A stretch of DNA of 64,000 nt from Barthelona sp. PCE (lineage: Eukaryota), in contig JAUFOR010000002.1 of assembly GCA_040285745.1 (NCBI GenBank), forward strand, positions 1,922,001-1,986,000. Direction: 5' to 3'. The notes under the pieces are model-generated. The model made no database searches. It saw nothing but the letters and a program-made list of their open reading frames with translations, and had not been told where the DNA came from. Positions 21,409-31,131 of the stretch are shown here, in pieces. The number at the start of each line of letters is the position of its first letter. The first letter of the stretch is position 1. A program made the translations under genes and the position numbers.

Positions 21409-24400
21409 TTAAAGTTTTTCAACCTTGACAGCACAGAACTTAAGCTGAGGGATTTTTGCTTGAGGATCAACAACATCAATCGTCAAATCATTTGCGGCAG
21501 CCTCTTGGAAATGGAAAGGAACGAATACAACACCAGGAGCGATGTTCTTAACCTTAACAGCACACTCGATTGTACCTCTGCGGCTGGAGACACGAACCAT
21601 CTCACCGTTCTCAACACCTAACTTAGCGCAGTCTTCATTGCTGATTTCAACGAAACAGTTGGGTGCCATCTTGTTTAGTGTGGCACAACGACGAGTCATT
21701 GTACCGGTATGGTAGTGAGCGAGAATACGACCAGTTGAAAGAACGAAGGGGTATTCGTTGTTGGGGAGTTCAGCTGGATCTTCTACTTCGACAGCACAGA
21801 ATGATCCCTTTCCACTTGTGGAACGGAACCAATCGATGTGTAGAATGGGAGTACCGGGATGATACTTTGACCAACAGGGAATATGAATACCCTTGAGCTC
21901 ATCAACACGCTCGGAAAGAACACCACGGTAAAGAGCTGTGGTTTCAGCGATTTCATTGGTGATCTCGCTGGCCTTGGTGTAGTTCATGTTAGTCTTACCC
22001 ATTGCCTTAGCAATCATGCTGACAATTTCCCAATCGGGCTTGCTTACACCAGGAGCTTCGTGAGCCTTGACGATAGGCTGGACACGACGCTCGGTGTTGG
22101 TAGCAGTGCCGAATTTCTCAGCAAGAGCAGCAGCGGGAAGGACAACGTGAGCCTTCTCAGCAGTGGGAGTCATAAAGATGTCTTGGACAACCAGGAAATC
22201 AACGATATCAAGAGCGTGCTTGACATGGTTGGCGTTGGCATCAGAAACAACAGGGTTCTCACCCATGATGTACATACCCTTAACCTTTTTGTCATCAGTG
22301 ATAGCATGGAACATTTCAGTAATAGTTAAACCAACCTCCTTGGGGATCTCAGATTCCCAAACGGACTCCATGATCTTATATTCAGGGTTGGTAGTATCAG
22401 CGACACTGAGATAACCAGGTAAAACGTTGGGGAGTGCACCTAAATCGCAGGCACCCTGGACGTTCATCTGACCACGAAGGGGGTTAACACCAGCTCCTGG
22501 TTTACCGAGGTTACCAGTAGCGAGTGCAAGGTTAGCAATACAACGAACGTTGTTGGTACCAAAGGTGTGTTGTGTGAGACCCATACAGTAAATGATGGAA
22601 GCAGGATCGTTTTCACCATACCAATGAGCAGCAGTGCGAATATCCTCAGCAGCAAGACCGGTGATTTCACTGGCGTACTCAAGAGTATACTTCATAACGT
22701 GCTCGCGAGTTTCCTCGAAGCCTGTAGTCTTGTTAGCAATGAATTGCTCATCAACAAGACCGGAGACAATAAGCTCACGGAGCATGGCGTTGAGGAATGC
22801 AATATCTGTACCGGGACGAATCTGCAGATACAAATCAGCCTTCTTAGCGAGGTTAATCTCACGAGGATCAACAACAATGAGCTTGGCACCGCTCTTAACA
22901 GCCTTTGTAACCGACTGTGAACCAACAGGGTGAGCCTCAGTGGTATTGGAACCAATCACGAGGATACACTTAGCCTCTTCCAGATCAGCAAAGGTGTTGG
23001 TCATGTGACCGGAACCAAATGCGTTACGAAGACCAACGACAGTAGAAGCGTGACAAAGACGAGCGCAGTGATCAACGTTGTTAGTGCCAACAGTAGTACG
23101 CATAAACTTCTGGAATGCGTAGTTATCTTCGTTAGTGCAACGAGCAGAACTGAGACCAGCAATGGCATCAGGACCATGTTCAGCCTTGATAGCTGCGAAA
23201 CGCTCAGAAATGAGGGTAATGGCCTCTTCCCAGGATGCTTCCTTAAAGGAACCATCCTCTTGACGGATAAGAGGTGTCTTAAGACGATCCTCGCTATCGA
23301 GGAAGTCCATACCCTTGAGACCCTTAATACAGAGACGACCCTTGTTGACAGGAGCCTTCTTGTTACCAGAGCACTTGACAATCTTGCCATCCTCAGTCTG
23401 AATAGTAACACCACAACCTACACCACAGTAAGGACAGATGGTATCAGTGCTGTTAACGTCCTCAATATCGACCTCAGCCTTGGGGGCAGCAACAGCCTTT
23501 GGAGCAGGAGCCTTCTTACCAAGGAAAGCAACCTCAAGATCAGTAACGAAAGCAGCAATAGCAGCCTCAACGTTACCATCCTTCGACTCATCACCCTTAT
23601 GGAAGGAAACGCAAGTAGCCTTGGCATTCTCCATAGCCTCCTTGAACAAATCAGCACACTTGCAGAAGAGCTCATAGTTGGAATCACCCAAACCAAAGAC
23701 ACCAAACTTGAATTTGGACAAGTTCTTCATCTTTGAAAGAGCAGTGTAGAGGGATTCAGCCTCAGCAGGGAACTCGCCATCACCAACAGTGGACGTGACA
23801 AGAACAACCTGCTCGAACTTCCACATGGCCTTGAATGATGTCTTAGCCATAGGGATGACAGTTTCTGTACCAAGCTTCTTGGCAACAGTGCGGGCAATAC
23901 CCTCAGCGTTTCCTGTTTCAGATCCGTAAACAACACAGATGGGGGCAGAAGCAGACTCCTCGGCCTTAGCGTTGGGATCAAGCATGTCCTTCATCTTTGC
24001 GAGACGAATCTGACGCATCTTGGTATCGTGCTCAAGCTCTTCTTGGAGCATGGCAGCACGCTCAGGATCGGAACGCTTAAGAGTGTGGAAACGTACCTCC
24101 TTATCGAGTAAGGCGGTCAATGGCTTGGATGGAGCGCGATGATCGATAATGAGAGGGTTCTTACCCTTGGCAACGAGGTCAGGGTTATATCTATAGAGAG
24201 GCCAGTAACCGGTCTCAACAGCAAGCTTACCTTCAATGTCAGACTCACCCATACCCTTACGGATACCGTGGTTAATACAGGGACAGTAAGCAATGACGAT
24301 AGAAGGACCATCAAATGCCTCAGCCTCTTGAATTGCACGAAGGGCCTGCATCTTGTTAGCACCAAGAGCAATAGAGGCAACGTAAACGTTACCAATGTTC

Positions 24401-27400
24401 ATGGCGAGAAGACCAAGATCCTTCTTGGAAGTAACCTTACCAGCAGCGGCGAAACGAGCAACACCGGCACGAGGTGTGGCCTTTGAGACCTGACCGCCAG
24501 TGTTCGAATAGACTTCAGTGTCCATAACGAGAATGTTAGTGTTATCAGGCATGTTAAGCACCTGATCGACACCACCATAACCGATATCGTAAGCCCAACC
24601 GTCACCGCCGAAGATCCAGGGAACAGGGCGGATGAAGAGGTGACGAGATGCAAAGACGGCCTGAAGAAGGGCATCGTTGCGGGTCTGAATGAGAGCCTCA
24701 ACCTCCTTGACAATGACATCTGTCATTTCACGAGTGGGATCAGCAGTCTCGAGCCAGGTAGTGAGGAGCTCCTTGAGCTGAGCGGGAAGCTCGGTCTTTA
24801 GAAGCTTTGCAACATCACCAACGAGACGTTCACGTCTGTTGCGAAGAGCAGCAGTCATACCAAGACCAACCTCAGCGGCAGCCTCGAATAGAGTACCGTT
24901 AAAAGCGGGACCACGACCAAACTCGTCCTGACCCCAAGCAGAAGCGGGGTACATACCACCCCAAACAAGAGAACAACCGCATGCATCAGCAATGTAAAGA
25001 CGGTCACCCCAGTTACGACAAATGAGAGATGCAGTGGAGGTTTCAACACAACCAGCACAAGCTCCGGAGAATTCCAAGTAGGGGTTGTGGAACTGGACGT
25101 CACGCAATACCTTACGAGGGAACTTCTCACCGTGAGCGGGAAGAGAAACAGCAGTCTCCCAGTTCTGAACCTCAACAAGGTTGTCAGAAACGTTCTGCAT
25201 GTCAAGCGCATCCTTAGGACAGATGGTAGTACAGACGGTACATTGCATACAATCGAGAGGAGAAACTTGAATACGGTATTGGAAATCCTGCTTACCCTTG
25301 AATTTAAGAGTGTTGAACTCCTCAGTAACCTCATCCTCAGCAGCAACGAGGAAAGGACGGATGGCAGAGTGTGCACAGACAGATGTACACAGGTTACACT
25401 GTACACAATTGTCAGAGATCCAGACGGGGATCTTCAGAGCAACACCACGCTTCTCGTATTTGGAGGTACCAGTTGGAATAACACCACCAGTAACCTTGTG
25501 GAACTTAGAAACGGGGATTGAATCACCCTCAAGCTTAGAACACGGAAGAATGACATCAGTGAACCACTCGGGGGTATCCTCGGGCCAGGCAGGGTGCTGC
25601 TCGATGGGGGTAGTAGCCCAGGACTCGGGGACATCAACCTTGATAAGGTTAGCAAGAGCCTCATCGACGGCACGCATGTTAGCCTCAACAATGGCGTCAC
25701 CCTTGTGACCATAGGTCTTAACAATTGCCTTCTTGAGAAGAGCAATAGCTTCCTCAATGGGAATAACCTGTGAAAGCTTGAAGAAGACGGTGTTCATAAC
25801 CATATTGATACGGTTAGGAAGACCTGCGTTTTCAGCAACAGTGAAAGCGTCGATAACGTAGAAATCAACATTCTTAGCAGCAATAGCACGCTTCATAGAA
25901 CCAGGGAGCTCCTTGTCTAACTCCTCAAAATCAATGTTAGGAGTGTTAAGGACAAAAGCAGATCCGGGCTTGGCGAACTTCAACATGTTGAAGTGGTGCA
26001 CGAAAGCGGGGTTGTGACAGGCAACGTAATCAGCATGACGAACACAGTACTCGGAAGTAATGGGATCGGGGCCGAAACGCATGTTGGAGACGGTGAAACC
26101 ACCAGACTTCTTTGCATCGTATTGGAAGTAACCTTGAGCGTAGTTGGTTGTGTTATCACCAATAATCTTGATTGCGTTCTTACCAGCACCAACTGTACCA
26201 TCAGAACCAAGAGCAAAGACGACAGCCTGCTTACATGTCTCAGGAAGTGCATCAACCTCATCAGGCAGCTCAAGATGAGAGAATAGAACGTCATCAAGGA
26301 TACCAACGTTAAAATCACGTTTGGGCTCCTCTACAATCATATTGTTGATGACAGCGACAGCATGAGTAGCAGTGAAATCCTTACCACCAACACCGTAGCG
26401 ACCAGGCACAACAGTGATCTCAGGACGGTTCTCATAGAGACACTCGTTAACTGAGAGGTAGAGAGGCTCACCAATGGCACCAGGCTCGTGAGTCTTGTCA
26501 ATAACTGTAACAGTCTTAACAGAAGCAGGAAGAGCGCCAAGAAGGTGCTTGTTGGAGAAGGGACGGAAAAGACGGACCTTGATGAGACCAATCCTTCTAC
26601 CCTGAGAGTTGAGCAAGTTAATAGCTTCCTCAACTGCTGTGGAACCGGCACCCATCATAACAACAACTTGTTCAGCATCGGCAGCACCAACGTAATCAAA
26701 GAGGTTGTAAGAACGACCAGTGAGCTTAGAAACTTGATCCATACAGCTCTGAATGATATCAGGGATGGCGTTGTAGTAGGGCTCAGCAGCTTGAAGGAAT
26801 TGCCAATAGATGTCAGCGTTTTCTACACCACCACGTTCAGAGGGGTTGTAGTTGTTCATTGAACGCCACTTACGATACTTGGCAAGAGCTTCGAAATCAT
26901 ACATAGCAGCAATCTCCTCTGGGGTAATGATGTTAATCTTGTTAACTTCGTGAGAGATACGCATACCATCAAAGAAATGCATGATAGGTAAGCAAGTCTT
27001 AACTGTAGCAAGGTGTGAAACAACAGCGAGATCCATAACTTCCTGGACTGTGTTCGATGAAAGCATGGAGAAACCGGTCTGACGACAGGCCATGACATCG
27101 GAATGATCACAGAAGATATTCATTGCCTGACCAGCAACGGCACGAGAAGCAACATGGAAAACGGTGGGGAGCATCTCACCAGCGAGCTTGAACATCTCAG
27201 GTACCATAAGCATGAGACCTTGTGAACAAGTGAAGGTAGCAGTGAGGGCACCAGCGCAAGCAGCACCGTGAAGAGCTCCAGCAACACCACCTTCAGATTG
27301 CATCTGCATGGCACCAACAACACGGTTAAAGATGTTCTTGGTACCCTTGGAACGCCAAATATCAGCGTATTCGCACATTGGACTTGAAGGAGTGATGGGG

Positions 27401-30400
27401 TATTGGAATACCATATCAACGGCATAATAGGAAGCAAGGAGAGCAGCCTGATTACCATCAACGGTCTGCCAAACTTCCTGACGCTGAGCGGGGAGCTGAG
27501 TGATACGGAGAGGAGGAACAACCTCGGGAGCAACCTTGACGGGCTCAGGGATATCTCTCTTGTGCTCGAGCATGGACTCGTAGTAATCCTTCATGGAGAG
27601 AAGACGACCGTTAGCCTGATCGATATCCTGCTGAAGAGCCTTCTGCAGTTCAGCAGCACGTTCGGGCTGGGAACGCATAAGAGTGTGGAAACGAACCTCG
27701 TTCTGGAGGAAGAGGCTGAGATCCTTGGAAGCGGGCTTCGAATCGATAATGAGAGGGTTCTTACCCTTGGCAATGAGATCGGGGTTGTATCTATAAAGAG
27801 GCCAGTAACCGGTCTGAACAGCAAGCTTAGCTTCAATGTCAGATTGGGTCATACCCTTACGGATACCGTGGTTAATACAAGGACAGTAAGCAATAACAAC
27901 TGAAGGACCATCATAAGCCTCAGCCTCTTGGAAAGCCTTAAGAGTTTGAACCTTGTTGGCACCAATAGCAACAGAGGCAACATAAACGTTACCAATGGTC
28001 ATGGCGTGAAGGCCTAGACTCTTCTTACCAGTAGCCTTACCGGCAGCAGCAAAACGAGCAACACCAGCACGAGGAGTAGCCTTTGAGACCTGACCACCAG
28101 TGTTGGAATATACTTCAGTATCCATAACGAGGATGTTAATGTTACCAGCCATGTTAAGCACCTGATCAACACCACCGAAACCAATATCGTAAGCCCAACC
28201 GTCACCACCGAGAATCCAGGGAACGGGACGAACTAAAAGATGCTGGTTGGCAATGATGTTCTTCATTGTGGGATGAGGGTGATCAGCAGGAAGTAACTTA
28301 TGGACAGCATCAGCAACGATTTGCTCAATGTATTCGTCCTTATCAACGATTGCTAACCAGTTCTTGAAAGCCTCAATGAGCTCAGTGCTAACATTAACCT
28401 CTTCAGGATAAGCGATAACTGAACGAATATCAGCAATAACACTATCACGCATATAGAAAAGACCAGCAGTTAAACCGGCACCAACCTCAGCGGTATCCTC
28501 AAAGAGGGTACCCAGGAAAGAGGGTCCTCGGCCAAACTCGTTCTTACCCCATGCAGAAGCGGGGTACATACCACCCCAGACTAGGGAGCAACCGCAAGCA
28601 TCAGCAATGTAAAGACGATCACCGAACATCTGTGTAAGGAGCTTGGCGTGTTGAGTTTCAGCACAACCGGCACAAGCGCCAGAGAATTCGAGAAGGGGTT
28701 GATGGAACTGAACGTCGCGCAACACCTTAAGAGGGAATTCTTCACCATGAGCAGGAAGCTCCATGGTCTTCTCCCAGTTAAGAATTTGCTCAGGATCCTC
28801 ATCAACGTCAACCATTGAAAGGGCGCTCTTGGGACAAGCAGTAGTACAGACAGTACAACCCATACAATCAAGAGGGGAGACCTGAATGCGGTACTTGAAA
28901 TCACCGGGTGCCTTACCACGGAGTGGAAGCATCTCAATGTTCTCAGGAACGATATCCTCATCAGTTGCAAGAACAGGACGGATAGCGGCGTGAGCGCAAA
29001 CTGTTGAGCACAAGTTACATTGGACACACTTACCAGACTCCCACTGGGGGATCTTGAGTGTGACACCACGCTTCTCGTACTTGGAAGTACCAGTGGGAAT
29101 AACACCACCAACAACGTCCTTGAACTTGGAGACGGGAATGTTCTCACCTTCAAGCTTGGAACAAGGAAGAATGACATCAGTGAACCATTCAGGGACATCA
29201 TCAGGGAACTTGGTGACTTCCTCAATTGGAGCTTCCTTCCAGTTCTCAGGGACATCAACCTTAATGAGATGAGCTAATGCCTCATCGACGGCACGCATGT
29301 TGGCCTCAACAATGGCATCACCCTTATGTCCGTAGGTCTTGATGATAGCTTTCTTAAGAAGAGCAATAGCTTCCTCAAGAGGAAGAACCTCAGAGAGTTT
29401 GAAGAAAACAGTGTTCAAAACCATATTAATACGGTTAGGAAGACCAGCCTTTTCGGCAACATCGAAAGCATCGATAACGTAAAAGTTAATGTTCTTGTTA
29501 GCGATTTCGCGTTTCATGCTGCTGGGGAGCTCCTTGTTAAGAGATTCAAAATCAGTGTGAGTGATATTAAGAACAAAGTTAGCACCTTGCTTTGCGTGTT
29601 TAAGCATAGCAAAGTGATGAATGAATGTAGGGTTGTGACAGGCAATGTAATCAGCGTTACGAACACAGTATTCGGAAGTGATTGGATCAGGACCGAAACG
29701 CATGTTTGAAACGGTGAAACCACCAGACTTCTTAGCATCGTACTGGAAGTATCCTTGGGCAAAGTTATCAGTGTTGTCACCAATAATCTTAATGGCATTC
29801 TTACCAGCACCAACAGAACCGTCAGCACCAAGAGCGTAAACCAAACATTGGGTAGTAGTTTCGGGGATTGGATCAACGACAGGGGGAAGTTCAAGGGAAG
29901 AATTGAGTAAATCGTCAGTGATACCAATGTTGAAGTCGAGCTTGGGCTCAGCCTTCATAGCGTTTTGGTAAACAGCAAGGGCGTGGGTAGGGGTGAAGTC
30001 CTTACCACCAAGGCCGTAACGACCAGGGATGACCTTAACATGACGCTTAAGCTCGGCAAGAGCAGCGCAGACATCAAGGTAAAGGGGTTCACCATTAGAA
30101 CCAGGTTCGTGTGTCTTGTCTAAGACGGTGATAGTCTTGACAGAGGCGGGGATAGCCTCGTCAAGATGGACAGCAGAAAAGGGACGGAAGAGACGGACTA
30201 CAACACAGCCAACCTTGCCACCCTGATTGTTAAGGTACTCGGAGATTTCACAAGCAGCGTTAACACCTGAACCCATCATGATAACAACGTGTTCAGCATC
30301 GGGAGCACCGTAGTACTCGTAAAGCTTGTATTGACGGCCAGTTAGTTGAGCAACCTGATCCATACAACCCTGAATGATCTCAGGGACAGCCTTGAAATAT

Positions 30401-31131
30401 GGTTCTGCAGCCTGAAGGAATTGCCAATAAATGTCAGCGTTCTCGACACCACCGCGTTCGTCAGGGCGGTCAGTGTTCATAGAACGGCGCTCACGCCATT
30501 TCATAAGGGCGTCGTGATCATACAAAGCAGCCATTTCCTCAGTGGTCATAACATCAACCTTGTTAACCTCATGAGAGATACGCATACCATCATAAAAGTG
30601 CATGACGGGGACGGTTGACTTGATAGCTGCGAGATGTGAAACAACAGCCAAATCAGCAACTTCCTGAACAGTGTTGGATGAGAGAATTGTGAAACCTGTT
30701 TGACGACAGGCCATGACATCGGAGTGATCACAGAAGATATCCATAGCCTGACCGGCAACTGCACGTGATGATACGTGGAAGACGGTTGGATGAAGTTCAC
30801 CAGCTAATTTAAACATGGTGGGAACCATGAGAAGCAGACCCTGAGAACAGGTTGCTGTGGATGTCAAGGAACCTGCGCTTGAGGCACCGTTAAGTGCTGC
30901 AGCGACACCACCTTCTGATTGCATTTGAATAGTATTCGTAACACAATCAAAAATGTTCAACTTGCCTTGTGTGCTGAGTGTATTGCTTAACTCACTTGCG
31001 CTTGATGCTGGAGTGATAGGATAGAGCAATGTTATATCGGTGTACGCATATGACGCATTGACTGCAGCTGTATTTCCGTCAATTGAACGGTAATTTGGTT
31101 GTCTACCATTGGAAAGCCTTTCTTTGTTCAT
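21409..31131 (-). CDS. Fusion protein: PFO - PFO - flavodoxin - formate dehydrogenase (FdhF-type molybdopterin subunit), 3240 aa
   Basis: PFO1 ~31090-27590 and PFO2 ~27470-23990, each with YPITP, QSEGG, two CxxCxxCxxxC ferredoxin motifs, SGACAGC, GDGWAYDIG, YSNTGGQ and YCPC. Flavodoxin ~23940-23521 (YGSETGNAE, STVGDGE, GLGDSNY). FDH ~23450-21409 (CPYCGVGC, LCIKG, DHCARLCH, PLRGQMNVQG, STGRILAHYHTGTMTRR). No stops, and uniform strong codon bias. Confidence 0.95.
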   Translation of the reverse strand: MNKERLSNGRQPNYRSIDGNTAAVNASYAYTDITLLYPITPASSASELSNTLSTQGKLNIFDCVTNTIQMQSEGGVAAALNGASSAGSLTSTATCSQGLLLMVPTMFKLAGELHPTVFHVSSRAVAGQAMDIFCDHSDVMACRQTGFTILSSNTVQEVADLAVVSHLAAIKSTVPVMHFYDGMRISHEVNKVDVMTTEEMAALYDHDALMKWRERRSMNTDRPDERGGVENADIYWQFLQAAEPYFKAVPEIIQGCMDQVAQLTGRQYKLYEYYGAPDAEHVVIMMGSGVNAACEISEYLNNQGGKVGCVVVRLFRPFSAVHLDEAIPASVKTITVLDKTHEPGSNGEPLYLDVCAALAELKRHVKVIPGRYGLGGKDFTPTHALAVYQNAMKAEPKLDFNIGITDDLLNSSLELPPVVDPIPETTTQCLVYALGADGSVGAGKNAIKIIGDNTDNFAQGYFQYDAKKSGGFTVSNMRFGPDPITSEYCVRNADYIACHNPTFIHHFAMLKHAKQGANFVLNITHTDFESLNKELPSSMKREIANKNINFYVIDAFDVAEKAGLPNRINMVLNTVFFKLSEVLPLEEAIALLKKAIIKTYGHKGDAIVEANMRAVDEALAHLIKVDVPENWKEAPIEEVTKFPDDVPEWFTDVILPCSKLEGENIPVSKFKDVVGGVIPTGTSKYEKRGVTLKIPQWESGKCVQCNLCSTVCAHAAIRPVLATDEDIVPENIEMLPLRGKAPGDFKYRIQVSPLDCMGCTVCTTACPKSALSMVDVDEDPEQILNWEKTMELPAHGEEFPLKVLRDVQFHQPLLEFSGACAGCAETQHAKLLTQMFGDRLYIADACGCSLVWGGMYPASAWGKNEFGRGPSFLGTLFEDTAEVGAGLTAGLFYMRDSVIADIRSVIAYPEEVNVSTELIEAFKNWLAIVDKDEYIEQIVADAVHKLLPADHPHPTMKNIIANQHLLVRPVPWILGGDGWAYDIGFGGVDQVLNMAGNINILVMDTEVYSNTGGQVSKATPRAGVARFAAAGKATGKKSLGLHAMTIGNVYVASVAIGANKVQTLKAFQEAEAYDGPSVVIAYCPCINHGIRKGMTQSDIEAKLAVQTGYWPLYRYNPDLIAKGKNPLIIDSKPASKDLSLFLQNEVRFHTLMRSQPERAAELQKALQQDIDQANGRLLSMKDYYESMLEHKRDIPEPVKVAPEVVPPLRITQLPAQRQEVWQTVDGNQAALLASYYAVDMVFQYPITPSSPMCEYADIWRSKGTKNIFNRVVGAMQMQSEGGVAGALHGAACAGALTATFTCSQGLMLMVPEMFKLAGEMLPTVFHVASRAVAGQAMNIFCDHSDVMACRQTGFSMLSSNTVQEVMDLAVVSHLATVKTCLPIMHFFDGMRISHEVNKINIITPEEIAAMYDFEALAKYRKWRSMNNYNPSERGGVENADIYWQFLQAAEPYYNAIPDIIQSCMDQVSKLTGRSYNLFDYVGAADAEQVVVMMGAGSTAVEEAINLLNSQGRRIGLIKVRLFRPFSNKHLLGALPASVKTVTVIDKTHEPGAIGEPLYLSVNECLYENRPEITVVPGRYGVGGKDFTATHAVAVINNMIVEEPKRDFNVGILDDVLFSHLELPDEVDALPETCKQAVVFALGSDGTVGAGKNAIKIIGDNTTNYAQGYFQYDAKKSGGFTVSNMRFGPDPITSEYCVRHADYVACHNPAFVHHFNMLKFAKPGSAFVLNTPNIDFEELDKELPGSMKRAIAAKNVDFYVIDAFTVAENAGLPNRINMVMNTVFFKLSQVIPIEEAIALLKKAIVKTYGHKGDAIVEANMRAVDEALANLIKVDVPESWATTPIEQHPAWPEDTPEWFTDVILPCSKLEGDSIPVSKFHKVTGGVIPTGTSKYEKRGVALKIPVWISDNCVQCNLCTSVCAHSAIRPFLVAAEDEVTEEFNTLKFKGKQDFQYRIQVSPLDCMQCTVCTTICPKDALDMQNVSDNLVEVQNWETAVSLPAHGEKFPRKVLRDVQFHNPYLEFSGACAGCVETSTASLICRNWGDRLYIADACGCSLVWGGMYPASAWGQDEFGRGPAFNGTLFEAAAEVGLGMTAALRNRRERLVGDVAKLLKTELPAQLKELLTTWLETADPTREMTDVIVKEVEALIQTRNDALLQAVFASRHLFIRPVPWIFGGDGWAYDIGYGGVDQVLNMPDNTNILVMDTEVYSNTGGQVSKATPRAGVARFAAAGKVTSKKDLGLLAMNIGNVYVASIALGANKMQALRAIQEAEAFDGPSIVIAYCPCINHGIRKGMGESDIEGKLAVETGYWPLYRYNPDLVAKGKNPLIIDHRAPSKPLTALLDKEVRFHTLKRSDPERAAMLQEELEHDTKMRQIRLAKMKDMLDPNAKAEESASAPICVVYGSETGNAEGIARTVAKKLGTETVIPMAKTSFKAMWKFEQVVLVTSTVGDGEFPAEAESLYTALSKMKNLSKFKFGVFGLGDSNYELFCKCADLFKEAMENAKATCVSFHKGDESKDGNVEAAIAAFVTDLEVAFLGKKAPAPKAVAAPKAEVDIEDVNSTDTICPYCGVGCGVTIQTEDGKIVKCSGNKKAPVNKGRLCIKGLKGMDFLDSEDRLKTPLIRQEDGSFKEASWEEAITLISERFAAIKAEHGPDAIAGLSSARCTNEDNYAFQKFMRTTVGTNNVDHCARLCHASTVVGLRNAFGSGHMTNTFADLEEAKCILVIGSNTTEAHPVGSQSVTKAVKSGAKLIVVDPREINLAKKADLYLQIRPGTDIAFLNAMLRELIVSGLVDEQFIANKTTGFEETREHVMKYTLEYASEITGLAAEDIRTAAHWYGENDPASIIYCMGLTQHTFGTNNVRCIANLALATGNLGKPGAGVNPLRGQMNVQGACDLGALPNVLPGYLSVADTTNPEYKIMESVWESEIPKEVGLTITEMFHAITDDKKVKGMYIMGENPVVSDANANHVKHALDIVDFLVVQDIFMTPTAEKAHVVLPAAALAEKFGTATNTERRVQPIVKAHEAPGVSKPDWEIVSMIAKAMGKTNMNYTKASEITNEIAETTALYRGVLSERVDELKGIHIPCWSKYHPGTPILHIDWFRSTSGKGSFCAVEVEDPAELPNNEYPFVLSTGRILAHYHTGTMTRRCATLNKMAPNCFVEISNEDCAKLGVENGEMVRVSSRRGTIECAVKVKNIAPGVVFVPFHFQEAAANDLTIDVVDPQAKIPQLKFCAVKVEKL
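23990..31090 (-). repeat. Intragenic tandem duplication of the PFO unit (~3.6 kb period)
   Basis: Near-identical DNA tracts at an exact 3600-nt offset (e.g. 24142-24290 vs 27742-27890); identical peptides such as FQYDAKKSGGFTVSNMRFGPDPITSEYCVR. Confidence 0.92.

Noticed and set aside
23053-23055. Selenocysteine recoding in the FDH domain
   Set aside because: The codon is TGT (Cys), and there is no in-frame TGA in the ORF.
21883-30800. Numerous 60-270-aa antisense and alternate-frame ORFs within the PFO-FDH gene (similar ones occur within the giant receptor)
   Set aside because: Expected shadows of strong codon bias; no independent protein features.
21409-31131. Bacterial contamination or chimeric assembly
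   Set aside because: The gene is flanked by an intron-containing VPS23, shares its codon bias with GAPDH, has in-frame low-complexity linkers, and has AATAAA shortly after the stop. Read-level confirmation is still advisable.
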